Assembly (NCBI GenBank): GCA_963798485.1
Contig: CAWCTR010000017.1
Location: 128,001-192,000 of the forward strand
Source of the DNA: an uncultured delta proteobacterium
Lineage (GTDB): Bacteria > Desulfobacterota > Desulfomonilia > UBA1062
DNA: 64,000 nt
Direction of reading: 5' to 3'
The position numbers and the translations under genes are program-made. This document shows positions 19,015-27,565 of this stretch, one piece after another. Numbering within the stretch: the stretch's first letter is position 1; every line of letters starts with the position of its first letter. The notes under the pieces were generated by a model that saw only the letters and a list, made by a program, of their open reading frames with translations, did no database searches and was not told where the DNA came from.

Positions 19015-21088
19015 CTTTTGCTGCCTTCGCCTCCTCAACGATCTTGTCCTGGAGATTGAACGGCACCGGGTCCAGGTGTGAGAAGCCCATGGTAAATGTG
19101 CCCCGTCCCGAGGTGATGGAGGTGAGGCTGGCTGCATAGGTGAGCACCTCGGCCAGAGGAATCTGGGCCTTGAGCTCCTGGTACTTGCCCCTGGAGTTCA
19201 TGCCCTCTATCTTGGCCCTGCGGCTGTTGAGGTCGCCCATGACATCACCCATGCACTCCTCGGGTACGGTTACCGTGATGTTCATGATGGGCTCTAATAG
19301 GATCGGCCTGCACTGCTCCATGGCCTTCTTGAAGGCCAGTGAACCGGCGATCTTGAAGGCCATTTCAGAGGAGTCCACCTCGTGGTACGAGCCGAAATAC
19401 ACAGTGACTTTAATGTCCACTACAGGGTTTCCCGTCAACGGTCCTGTCTGCATGGATTCGATCACTCCCTTTTCCACGGCCGGGATATACTGTCTGGGGA
19501 TGACCCCGCCCACGATGCCATTGACGAAATCGAAGCCTGCCCCTCGTTCCTGGGGTTCCACCCTGAGCCAGCAATCGCCGAACTGGCCGTGGCCGCCGGT
19601 CTGTTTTTTGTGTTTGCCCTGCACCTCTGCGCTTGTGGTGATGGTTTCTTTGTAGGGGACTTTGGGCGTCTTCAGATCCACCTCCACTCCGTACCTTCTC
19701 TTGAGCCTGTCTACCGCGATCTCGATGTGGAGCTGGCCAAGGCCGGACAGGATAAACTCGCCGGTCTGTTCGTCTCGGAACACCTTGAGCACCGGGTCTT
19801 CATCCATGATCTTATGAAATGCAGGCATGATCTTTTCCACGTCCGCCTTGGTCTTGGGGGTTACGGCCATGTTCATGATGGGTTCGGGGAAGGTCGGGCT
19901 CGGGAGCGTAAAAGGAACAGATTCCGAGAGCAGTGTGTCGCCTGTCTTGGTCTCTTTCAACTTTGCAACGGCAAAGATATCGCCCGGACCTACCAGATCA
20001 AGGGGTTTCTGGGTCTTACCCTCGAGCAAGAGGATGGATCCCACCCGCTCCTTGACCTCGCGTTTTGCGTTATACACGCTTGAGTCGGGGCTTAAGCTGC
20101 CCGAGAGGCACCGGATGAGGCTCAAGGTCCCGGTATACGGGTCGCTCATGGTCTTGAAGACGTAACCGCAGAAGGGTTGATCTTCGGCAGGCTTATATTC
20201 TTTTGTCTCACCCTTGCTGTTTTGTAGCGGGGGTAGTGACCTCTTATCGGGGGTTATGAATGAGGAGCTGATAAAGTCCATAACAGGCTGAATACCCATG
20301 TTCAGCAGGGCCGATCCACAGAACACCGGGAGGAACAGGCCTTTGGCAAGCCCGGCAGCCAGCGCATTATCGAGCTCGGACTGAGAAAGCTCTCCGCCCT
20401 CGAGGTATTTTTCCATCAAGGCGTCATCAACCTCGGCCAGGTCTTCGATGACCTTTCCATAGACCTCTTCAAGCTGGTCTTGCATGTCCGCAGGAACAGC
20501 GGCTTCTTTAAAGGACCCTGAGCCATCCTTTTCATAAAGGTAGGCCTTTTTCTTGAGCACGTCCACTACGCCTGCAAAGCTGTCCTCGGCGCCGATGGGC
20601 AATGTCAGGGGTAATGGCTTTATCTCAAAGACTTCCGATATGTCGGTGAGCACCTGTTCGTAATTGGCGCGTTCCCTGTCTATCTTGTTGACAAAGCATG
20701 TTTTGGTCAGGCCTTCCGCACGCGCCATCTTCCAGAGATTTTCGGAATAGGGCTTGATGGAATCTATGGCATCGATGACGAAAAGCGCGTTGTCACATGA
20801 TTTTAAGCCGAGAATGACCTCAGAGGTGAAGTTGGTGTCGCCTGGCGTGTCCAGCATGATAACCCCTGTGTTCTTCCACTTGAAATTGTGCAGGGCGCTG
20901 AAGATTGAAGACTGGCGTTTGATCTCTTCAGGCTCAAAGTCAAGGACGGTATTGCCGTCGAGCACCTTACCGAGTCTGGTAGTGGCCTTGGCGTTGAATA
21001 AGAAGGCCTCACCGAGAGATGTCTTCCCGGCGCCGGATTGTGACATGATGATCACATCTTTCAAGTTTTCCGTGCGAAATTTCCTCAT
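19004..21088 (-). CDS. fusA: Elongation factor G paralog (EF-G II type)
   Basis: All five EF-G domains; G1 is SQSGAGKT, plus DTPG, NKID, KKQTGGHGQFG and HEVDSSEMAF; not in the rpsL-rpsG operon. Confidence 0.9.
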   Translation of the reverse strand: MRKFRTENLKDVIIMSQSGAGKTSLGEAFLFNAKATTRLGKVLDGNTVLDFEPEEIKRQSSIFSALHNFKWKNTGVIMLDTPGDTNFTSEVILGLKSCDNALFVIDAIDSIKPYSENLWKMARAEGLTKTCFVNKIDRERANYEQVLTDISEVFEIKPLPLTLPIGAEDSFAGVVDVLKKKAYLYEKDGSGSFKEAAVPADMQDQLEEVYGKVIEDLAEVDDALMEKYLEGGELSQSELDNALAAGLAKGLFLPVFCGSALLNMGIQPVMDFISSSFITPDKRSLPPLQNSKGETKEYKPAEDQPFCGYVFKTMSDPYTGTLSLIRCLSGSLSPDSSVYNAKREVKERVGSILLLEGKTQKPLDLVGPGDIFAVAKLKETKTGDTLLSESVPFTLPSPTFPEPIMNMAVTPKTKADVEKIMPAFHKIMDEDPVLKVFRDEQTGEFILSGLGQLHIEIAVDRLKRRYGVEVDLKTPKVPYKETITTSAEVQGKHKKQTGGHGQFGDCWLRVEPQERGAGFDFVNGIVGGVIPRQYIPAVEKGVIESMQTGPLTGNPVVDIKVTVYFGSYHEVDSSEMAFKIAGSLAFKKAMEQCRPILLEPIMNITVTVPEECMGDVMGDLNSRRAKIEGMNSRGKYQELKAQIPLAEVLTYAASLTSITSGRGTFTMGFSHLDPVPFNLQDKIVEEAKAAKDGK

Positions 21089-21244
21089 TGATCCTCCCAT
21101 TAACCCAAATCTTTTAAGCTTAGGCTTTTTAACTGAAAAGGCCCTATCAAGTCAAGGTGAGGCTTATGCGTTGAGGCAGGTATCCGGATATGGGTGTATA
21201 AACAGGTTTGCATAAAATTCCCCTTATGCGGTACATTGTTTCAT

Positions 21245-22150
21245 ATGTGGAAGGACATCCAAGGACACGGCCACATCACAGAACTGCTTAGGGCTTACTG
21301 CCTATCCGGCAAGGTGCCTCATGCATTTTTGTTCGCAGGGGCTACTGGCCTTGGTAAGACCTTTGTGGCAAAGGAGTTTTTCAAGGCACTGAATTGTCTC
21401 GAAAGATCAGGCGATTCGTGCAATAAATGCAGGAGTTGCCTGAAGGTGATGGCAGGGACACATCCGGACCTTACCGAGTTGAACCCTTCTACCAGATGGA
21501 TCAAGGTGGACGATGTGAGGGAAGTCCTCTCAGAGGTCGGATTAAAGCCCTTTGAGGCACACATGAAGGGTATTATCATAGAGCCTGCCGAGCACCTTGG
21601 CAATGAAAGCGCCAATGCCCTATTGAAGACCCTCGAAGAGCCGCCTTCCAGCACGGTGATCGTGCTCATCAGCCACAGGCCGAAGCTGTTACTGCCGACT
21701 ATTGTCTCCAGGTGCCAGCTTATCCGCTTTAGCGAGGATGAGGCCGGCCGGTTTCCCGGGCAAGGCATAAACGCCTTACACCCTGAACGCGAAAGTGCCG
21801 AAATGAGGGATGCTTATGTCATGCGCCAGGAGATCGTCGCCCTGCTGAACGGCAGTGATCCGGCCTTGCTTTCCAGGAAATATTTCGATTCCGAGGGATG
21901 GGAAGTATTGCCGGAGGTGCTGGTGATAGTGGAATCGATGATTCGGGATATCATGGCGCTCCGGCTCGGCTGTGAGGTGGTGATGAACGAATCTTTAAGA
22001 CAGACCCCTATAAGATATGCAGGTATGGAGGAGATCGAGAACATAACAAGCCTTATCAGCACCATGCGGCGAGGCGTGAATGAGAATATCAATTTGAGGA
22101 TTGCAGCGACCGAGCTGTTTATCATGATAAGTCAGCTCTCTGGGGCATAA
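21245..22150 (+). CDS. holB: DNA polymerase III delta-prime subunit
   Basis: PHAFLFAG, Zn cysteines, HPDL, ANALLKTLEEPP, LLPTIVSRCQ. Confidence 0.9.
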   Translation: MWKDIQGHGHITELLRAYCLSGKVPHAFLFAGATGLGKTFVAKEFFKALNCLERSGDSCNKCRSCLKVMAGTHPDLTELNPSTRWIKVDDVREVLSEVGLKPFEAHMKGIIIEPAEHLGNESANALLKTLEEPPSSTVIVLISHRPKLLLPTIVSRCQLIRFSEDEAGRFPGQGINALHPERESAEMRDAYVMRQEIVALLNGSDPALLSRKYFDSEGWEVLPEVLVIVESMIRDIMALRLGCEVVMNESLRQTPIRYAGMEEIENITSLISTMRRGVNENINLRIAATELFIMISQLSGA

Positions 22151-22162
22151 GGGATAAGCGTC

Positions 22163-22225
22163 TGTAGGAGCGGCTTTAGCCGCGATTTCTTATTTGTGCC
22201 GATCGCGGCTAAAGCCGCTCCTACA
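22163..22225. repeat. REP doublet (REPIN-like) of the GTAG class
   Basis: Perfect 24-bp inverted repeat TGTAGGAGCGGCTTTAGCCGCGAT / ATCGCGGCTAAAGCCGCTCCTACA with a 15-nt spacer; each arm is GTAG plus an internal GCGGCT-AGCCGC hairpin. Confidence 0.85.
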
Positions 22226-22230
22226 ATTTT

Positions 22231-22935
22231 CTATAGAGGTCTCTTCCACTTTGATTTCACCGGCCTCTTTTTAAGAAGCACATACATCGCCCCTGTGCCG
22301 CCATCATAGGGGCGGGCCGAACAGAAGGCCAGCACCAGGTGTGATAGGGTCCCGGTGGTAAGCCACCTTACCACCCCCTCCTTGAGAACGGGACCGGTAT
22401 CCGATTTCAGCCCCCTGCCATGGATGATGAGGAGCGAGCGGTACCCCATGGCATGGCAGTTCTGAATGAAGTTCACAAGGGCGCTCTTTGCAGCTTCCTT
22501 CACGTGGCCATGGAGGTCGAGATGGGCCTGGATGGTCAGCTCGCCTGATTTCAACTGTTTCAACACCCTGGGGTCCAGCGCTATAACATTTCCTTCCAGG
22601 TATTCACCCGTGCAGGTGATGTCAAAACGTGTCTTTCCCGATACCAGGGCATGGAGTGTATCCATGACCTCTTTGTCCTGTCTGCGTGAATTTTCTCGTA
22701 CCTGATGGGCGATCTCTTCCTGGTCCAAGGGTTCAGGGGTTACACGGTCGTTGGGCAGCAGCAAGACCCCCTCCATGGCCTTGGTGTATATTGTAGAATC
22801 ATCTTCATCGTTTTGGGTGTTTACCGGGGGCTGAACCTGTGGTGTCTTCGAGGGTTTGGGCTCGGGCTTCCTCTCTTTCGGCAGCCTTAGTCCTTTGAGC
22901 CCTGAGAAGGGTGTATTGAAGAGTTTATCAGCCAT
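22231..22935 (-). CDS. Smr domain protein (SmrA/SmrB-like endonuclease)
   Basis: LDLHG, IIHGRGLKS, GGTGAMYVLL. Confidence 0.9.
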   Translation of the reverse strand: MADKLFNTPFSGLKGLRLPKERKPEPKPSKTPQVQPPVNTQNDEDDSTIYTKAMEGVLLLPNDRVTPEPLDQEEIAHQVRENSRRQDKEVMDTLHALVSGKTRFDITCTGEYLEGNVIALDPRVLKQLKSGELTIQAHLDLHGHVKEAAKSALVNFIQNCHAMGYRSLLIIHGRGLKSDTGPVLKEGVVRWLTTGTLSHLVLAFCSARPYDGGTGAMYVLLKKRPVKSKWKRPL

Positions 22936-22949
22936 GATTATTTATTAAC

Positions 22950-23033
22950 AAAAAAAAAGGGCCCACTCAAGTAATAGGTGGTAGTGGGCCTAAAAGGAGG
23001 TCTATAGCCCTTAGAAGGATTGCTATAGGCTGC
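22950..23033 (-). ncRNA. Candidate small RNA with two hairpins, an anti-SD motif and an intrinsic terminator
   Basis: Own promoter; CTATAGC/GCTATAG hairpin, single-stranded CCTCCTTTT, GGCCCACT/AGTGGGCC stem followed by T9; no ORF. Confidence 0.55.
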
Positions 23034-23037
23034 GGTG

Positions 23038-23097
23038 TTTATATAGGAGCTACTTCGACCATGTCAAATATTTTTCTCTTATGATATTGTTAAATAA
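23038..23097 (-). promoter_or_regulatory. Sigma70 promoter divergent from lysR plus a LysR T-N11-A box
   Basis: Minus strand TTGACA (23067-23062)-N18-TATAAA (23043-23038); TTAT-N11-ATAA dyad at 23079-23097. Confidence 0.55.
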
Positions 23098-23124
23098 AAG
23101 TAAATCGTGCTGTAAGGGAGTGTT

Positions 23125-24039
23125 ATGAACATACACCAGGTATACATCTTCAATATAACTGCGCGGACGTTGAGCATCACCAAGACCGCCAAGAAGATGC
23201 ACCTGTCGCAGCCGTCGGTGAGTATCCAGATTAAGGACCTTGAAGATTCGTTGAATGTCCGCCTCTTTGACCGGATTAACCGCAAGATCACCCTAACGGA
23301 TGCCGGGAAGACATTCTTTGAATACTCGGAAAGGCTCCTTCATCTGATCGATGAGATCAATGGCGTGATGAATGAATTCAGCTCCGGGGATGTCGGCAGA
23401 CTGGTGCTCGGCGCCGCCAACACCGTAGGGATCTATGTCCTGCCGAAGTTCCTGGGTGAGTTTAAAGAGCGTTACCCCAAGGCTGAAATCGCCCTGAATA
23501 TCCAGAATCGGCAGGAGGCAGTGGAACAGTGCGTGGCTGGCGAGCTCGATTTTGCCTTTATGCAGGACCCGCCCAAGCACCCCGACCTTCAGGCTGAATT
23601 CTTCATGAATGACGAGTTGGTCATTGTGTGTTCCCCCAAGCACCGCTGGGCGGAAATGGGTCACCTCACCATGAAGACGCTGTCTTCCGAGCCCTCGGCC
23701 ATCATTCTGAGGGAGGAAGGGTCCGGTACAAGGGGGATCATCGAGTATGTGATCAAGCGCTTTGGTATAGAGCGCAAGGTCACCATGGAACTGAGTTCGT
23801 CGGAAGGGATAAAGAGGGCGGTCGAGGCTAACCTTGGGGTGGCGGTGCTCTCCAGGAATGTCATCAAGAATGAAGTTGAAAACAAGACCCTCGTCGCGCT
23901 TCCCATAAAAGACCTGAACACTAAAAGGGAGTTCTTTATCGTAAGGAATAAGAAACGGAAATCCCTGCCTCTCATGATGAAGTTCTATGACTTCATCCTC
24001 GACAAGCGGGCTGCAATCGAAGATCCTGGTTCTAAGTAG
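23125..24039 (+). CDS. LysR-family transcriptional regulator (CysL/CbbR-like)
   Basis: HTH SITKTAKKMHLSQPSVSIQIKDLE, LTDAG, REEGSGTR. Confidence 0.95.
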   Translation: MNIHQVYIFNITARTLSITKTAKKMHLSQPSVSIQIKDLEDSLNVRLFDRINRKITLTDAGKTFFEYSERLLHLIDEINGVMNEFSSGDVGRLVLGAANTVGIYVLPKFLGEFKERYPKAEIALNIQNRQEAVEQCVAGELDFAFMQDPPKHPDLQAEFFMNDELVIVCSPKHRWAEMGHLTMKTLSSEPSAIILREEGSGTRGIIEYVIKRFGIERKVTMELSSSEGIKRAVEANLGVAVLSRNVIKNEVENKTLVALPIKDLNTKREFFIVRNKKRKSLPLMMKFYDFILDKRAAIEDPGSK

Positions 24040-24131
24040 CCTGTCTTTTCTTGACAGTTCTTGACAGCAAAAGATCAAGGATGATATGAATCACCATTCA
24101 GTTTTCGTTCAATTTCTTGACAGGAGTGAGT

Positions 24132-24680
24132 ATGCAGGAAATAAGGTTTCACGGGAGAGGCGGTCAGGGTGCGGTCACTTCGGCTGAGCTCATAGCCATA
24201 GCTGCGATCAACAAAGGCAACTGCGCGCAGGCTTTTCCAAGTTTCGGACCGGAGCGGCGTGGTGCGCCGGTCGTTGCATTCTGCAGGGTCGACGACAAGA
24301 AGATCAATATCAGGGCCAAGGTATATAACCCCGATGTGGTCATCGTGCTTGACCCGGGGCTGCTCACGCTCCTCGATCCGGCCGAAGGCCTGAAAGAGGG
24401 CGGCATTCTTCTCATCAACACAAAAAAGAGCCCGGATGAGATTGCAAAGCCGAATGTCGGCTACAAGGTCGCTACGGTGGATGCGAGCACGATCGCCATG
24501 GAAGAACTGGGGAGAGTGATTGTGAATACCACCATGGTCGGTGCATTCATAAAGGCAACGGGGCTCATCACCATCGAGGATATCAAGGGACCGCTCTTGG
24601 AGCGTTTTGGGGCGAAGCTCGGCGCCAGGAACATGAAGGCCCTGGAGCGCGCCTACAACGAGGTAGTGATCAAGGGGTAA
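24132..24680 (+). CDS. porC: Pyruvate/2-oxoacid:ferredoxin oxidoreductase gamma subunit
   Basis: EIRFHGRGGQGAVT, FPSFGPERRGAPV. Confidence 0.93.
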   Translation: MQEIRFHGRGGQGAVTSAELIAIAAINKGNCAQAFPSFGPERRGAPVVAFCRVDDKKINIRAKVYNPDVVIVLDPGLLTLLDPAEGLKEGGILLINTKKSPDEIAKPNVGYKVATVDASTIAMEELGRVIVNTTMVGAFIKATGLITIEDIKGPLLERFGAKLGARNMKALERAYNEVVIKG

Positions 24681-24684
24681 TGCC

Positions 24685-24978
24685 ATGGCAAAACCAATGG
24701 AGAAGATTACGTGGCAAGAATTAGAGACCGGTGCGGTTGTCGTTGAGATAGGGAATGCCCGGCAGTATGAGACGGGCTCCTGGCGTTCCGAACGGCCGAT
24801 TGTGGATAAGAGGCAGTGCATCAGGTGTGGAGTCTGCTGGCTGTTCTGCCCGGATATGAGCATCGTGAGGGCGTCAGAAGGTCATTTCGAGGCCAACCTC
24901 ACCTACTGCAAGGGGTGCGGCATCTGCGCCAAGGAATGTCCCGTGGGCTGCATCAAGATGGTCAGCGAGGAGGAGTGA
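24685..24978 (+). CDS. porD: Pyruvate/2-oxoacid:ferredoxin oxidoreductase delta subunit, 2x[4Fe-4S]
   Basis: TGSWRSERP, CIRCGVCWLFCP, YCKGCGICAKECP. Confidence 0.93.
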   Translation: MAKPMEKITWQELETGAVVVEIGNARQYETGSWRSERPIVDKRQCIRCGVCWLFCPDMSIVRASEGHFEANLTYCKGCGICAKECPVGCIKMVSEEE

Positions 24979-24981
24979 GAA

Positions 24982-26160
24982 ATGGGTAAGGTACGCAAAG
25001 GAATCGAGGTTTCCATCGCTATCGCCGACGCCGTCGCGCAGGCGGACGTGGACGTTATCGCCGCGTATCCCATCACACCGCAGACACATATCGTGGAGCA
25101 CCTTGCCGACATCGTGGCCGAGGGTGAGCTCGACGCCGAGTTCATCCCGGTGGACAGCGAACATTCAGCCATGAGCGTCTGCTGCGGATCAGCCGCCGTG
25201 GGCGCAAGGACATTCACCTCCACGAGCTCCCAGGGGCTCGCGCTCATGAGCGAGATCTTCTTTATAACCGCAGCCATGAGGTTGCCCGTCGTCATGGCGC
25301 TGGCTAACAGGTCGCTGTCCGGGCCCCTGTCCATCTGGAACGACCACACCGACGTCATGATGGTCCGCGATGCCGGCTGGATCCACCTCTTTACGGAAAA
25401 CGGCCAGGAGGCCTACGACAACACATTCTGCGCCTTTAGGATTTCGGAAGACCCCAAGGTCATGCTGCCGGTTGCCGTGAACTTTGACGGGTTCATCCTC
25501 ACGCACATGATCGAGCCTATAGAATACGAGGATGACGAGCTCATCAAGCAGTATCTGCCCAAGTATGAGATGAAGAATGCACTTCATCCGGACAAACCCG
25601 TATCCATGGGCTGCTTCGCAATGCCCGAGATCTACACCGAGGCCCAGATGAACAGGGAGCAGGGCGTAGTGAACTCGTATCCCCTTATCCTCAAGGCATG
25701 GGAAGAGTGGGGCAAGCTCACCGGCAGGCACTATAAGCCGGTAGAGACCTACCGGGCGGATGATGCGGAATACTGCATCGTCACCATGGGCTCCTACGGC
25801 GAGACGGCCGGTGAGGTGGTGGATGCGCTCCGCGAGAAAGGTGAGAAGGTGGGACTGGTGAAGATCCGTTTATGGAGGCCGTTCCCCTTCGAAGATTTCC
25901 GCAAGGCAGTGCTGGGGAAGAAATCTCTCATCGTGATCGACCGCGCCATCAGCTTCGGCGGGCCCGGCGGCCCTGTGGCGCTCGAGCTGCGCTCCGCTCT
26001 GTACAAGAAGAAGGGAGCACCGACAATCGTCAATTATATTGCCGGTCTTGCCGGTAGAGACGTTTCCCGGAAGGATTTCACGAACATCATCCTGGAAGGC
26101 AAGAAAAAGGCGGCATCCAGAAAAACAGACGGGTTCACCCTTTATGGGTTGAGAGGATAA
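24982..26160 (+). CDS. porA: Pyruvate/2-oxoacid:ferredoxin oxidoreductase alpha subunit
   Basis: AAYPITPQT, SEHSAMS, TSSQGLALM, NRS, DGFILTH. Confidence 0.94.
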   Translation: MGKVRKGIEVSIAIADAVAQADVDVIAAYPITPQTHIVEHLADIVAEGELDAEFIPVDSEHSAMSVCCGSAAVGARTFTSTSSQGLALMSEIFFITAAMRLPVVMALANRSLSGPLSIWNDHTDVMMVRDAGWIHLFTENGQEAYDNTFCAFRISEDPKVMLPVAVNFDGFILTHMIEPIEYEDDELIKQYLPKYEMKNALHPDKPVSMGCFAMPEIYTEAQMNREQGVVNSYPLILKAWEEWGKLTGRHYKPVETYRADDAEYCIVTMGSYGETAGEVVDALREKGEKVGLVKIRLWRPFPFEDFRKAVLGKKSLIVIDRAISFGGPGGPVALELRSALYKKKGAPTIVNYIAGLAGRDVSRKDFTNIILEGKKKAASRKTDGFTLYGLRG

Positions 26161-26170
26161 GGAGACGGGT

Positions 26171-27097
26171 ATGGATCGATTCTCGGTTTTTTCAGCGCGG
26201 CTTGTCGACAAGTCTGAGAATTTCACCTCGGGCCACAGAGCATGTCAGGGTTGTGCAGAGGCCCTGGCCGTGCGCCACGTGGTTAAAGCCCTGGGCCGGG
26301 ATACCATTATAGCTATGGCAACGGGCTGTATGGAGATCATCTCATCGCCGCTCCCCTTGACCTCATGGAAGCTGCCCTGGATTCACAACGCCTTTGAAAA
26401 CCCCGCTGCCGTTATCTCCGGCTGCGAGAGGGGTATGAAGGCCATGATGCGCAAGGGCAAACTGCCTCAAAAGAAGATCAACTTCGTAGCCATGGGCGGA
26501 GACGGTGCAACGGCCGACATCGGCATGGGATCGCTCTCCGGTGCGCTCGAGCGCGGACACGACATGCTCTATGTGTGCTATGACAACGAAGCCTACATGA
26601 ATACCGGTATACAGCGGTCGAGTTCCACACCGTTCGGAGCAAGCACCACCACAAGCCCTGCAGGCAAGAAGAGCATAGGTCAGACTACCCAGAAGAAGAA
26701 CATGCCGAAGATAGCCGTTGCGCACAACATTCCGTATGTGGCTACGGCATGCTCCAGCTTCCCCTTCGACCTCATGGAGAAGGTGAAGAAGGCTGCGGAG
26801 ACGCCAGGACCTGCCTATGTGCACGTACTCTCGGTATGCCCCACCGGGTGGAGGATACCGCCCGATGAAGCCATCAGATACGGAAGATTTGCGGTGGATT
26901 CATGCGTGTTCCCGCTGTACGAGGTTGTAAACGGCAAGTACAAGATCTCGTATGAGCCCAAGAAGATCATCGCCGTCAAGGAGTACCTGAGCGGCCAAGG
27001 CAGGTTCAGGCACCTGACGGACAATGAGATCGAGCAGATTCAGGAAGCAGTGACCAGAGACTATCAGAAGCTCGTGAAACTGAGTGAAGAGGAATAA
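26171..27097 (+). CDS. porB: Pyruvate/2-oxoacid:ferredoxin oxidoreductase beta subunit (TPP-binding)
   Basis: GHRACQGC, ATGC, GGDG...DNEAYMNTGIQRS, CPTGW. Confidence 0.94.
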   Translation: MDRFSVFSARLVDKSENFTSGHRACQGCAEALAVRHVVKALGRDTIIAMATGCMEIISSPLPLTSWKLPWIHNAFENPAAVISGCERGMKAMMRKGKLPQKKINFVAMGGDGATADIGMGSLSGALERGHDMLYVCYDNEAYMNTGIQRSSSTPFGASTTTSPAGKKSIGQTTQKKNMPKIAVAHNIPYVATACSSFPFDLMEKVKKAAETPGPAYVHVLSVCPTGWRIPPDEAIRYGRFAVDSCVFPLYEVVNGKYKISYEPKKIIAVKEYLSGQGRFRHLTDNEIEQIQEAVTRDYQKLVKLSEEE

Positions 27098-27099
27098 CC

Positions 27100-27558
27100 A
27101 TGGCTGTAGATATCAAAAAGGTAGACGAGATCATCTCCCGGTACGATAAATCAGAGGAATCGCTTCTGGCGATCATGCAGGACTTTCAGAGGGAGTTTCA
27201 CTACGTTCCTGAAGAAGGGATGAAGAGGCTCTCCGATTACCTGTATGTCCCCGAAAGCAAGATTTATGCGATGGGGACTTTCTACAGGGCCCTTTCGCTG
27301 GAGCCCAGAGGCAAATATACCGTCAAGGTCTGCATGGGTACTGCCTGCCACCTCAAAGGTTCCGGACAGATCATGGAGGTCATTGACCGGGAGTTGGATG
27401 TAACACGGAGCCATACTACCGTTGACCAGCGGTACACCATTGAGAGCGTGAACTGCCTGGGCGCATGCGCTATGGCCCCTGTAGTGGTGGTGGGAGAGGA
27501 TTATTACGGCCACATGAGACCCTCAAAGATCATGGATGTCCTTAACAAATACAAGTAG
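27100..27558 (+). CDS. NuoE/HydC-like [2Fe-2S] subunit
   Basis: VCMGTACHLKG and CLGACAMAPV; starts 2 nt after the porB stop. Confidence 0.92.
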   Translation: MAVDIKKVDEIISRYDKSEESLLAIMQDFQREFHYVPEEGMKRLSDYLYVPESKIYAMGTFYRALSLEPRGKYTVKVCMGTACHLKGSGQIMEVIDRELDVTRSHTTVDQRYTIESVNCLGACAMAPVVVVGEDYYGHMRPSKIMDVLNKYK

Positions 27559-27565
27559 AAGGTGA

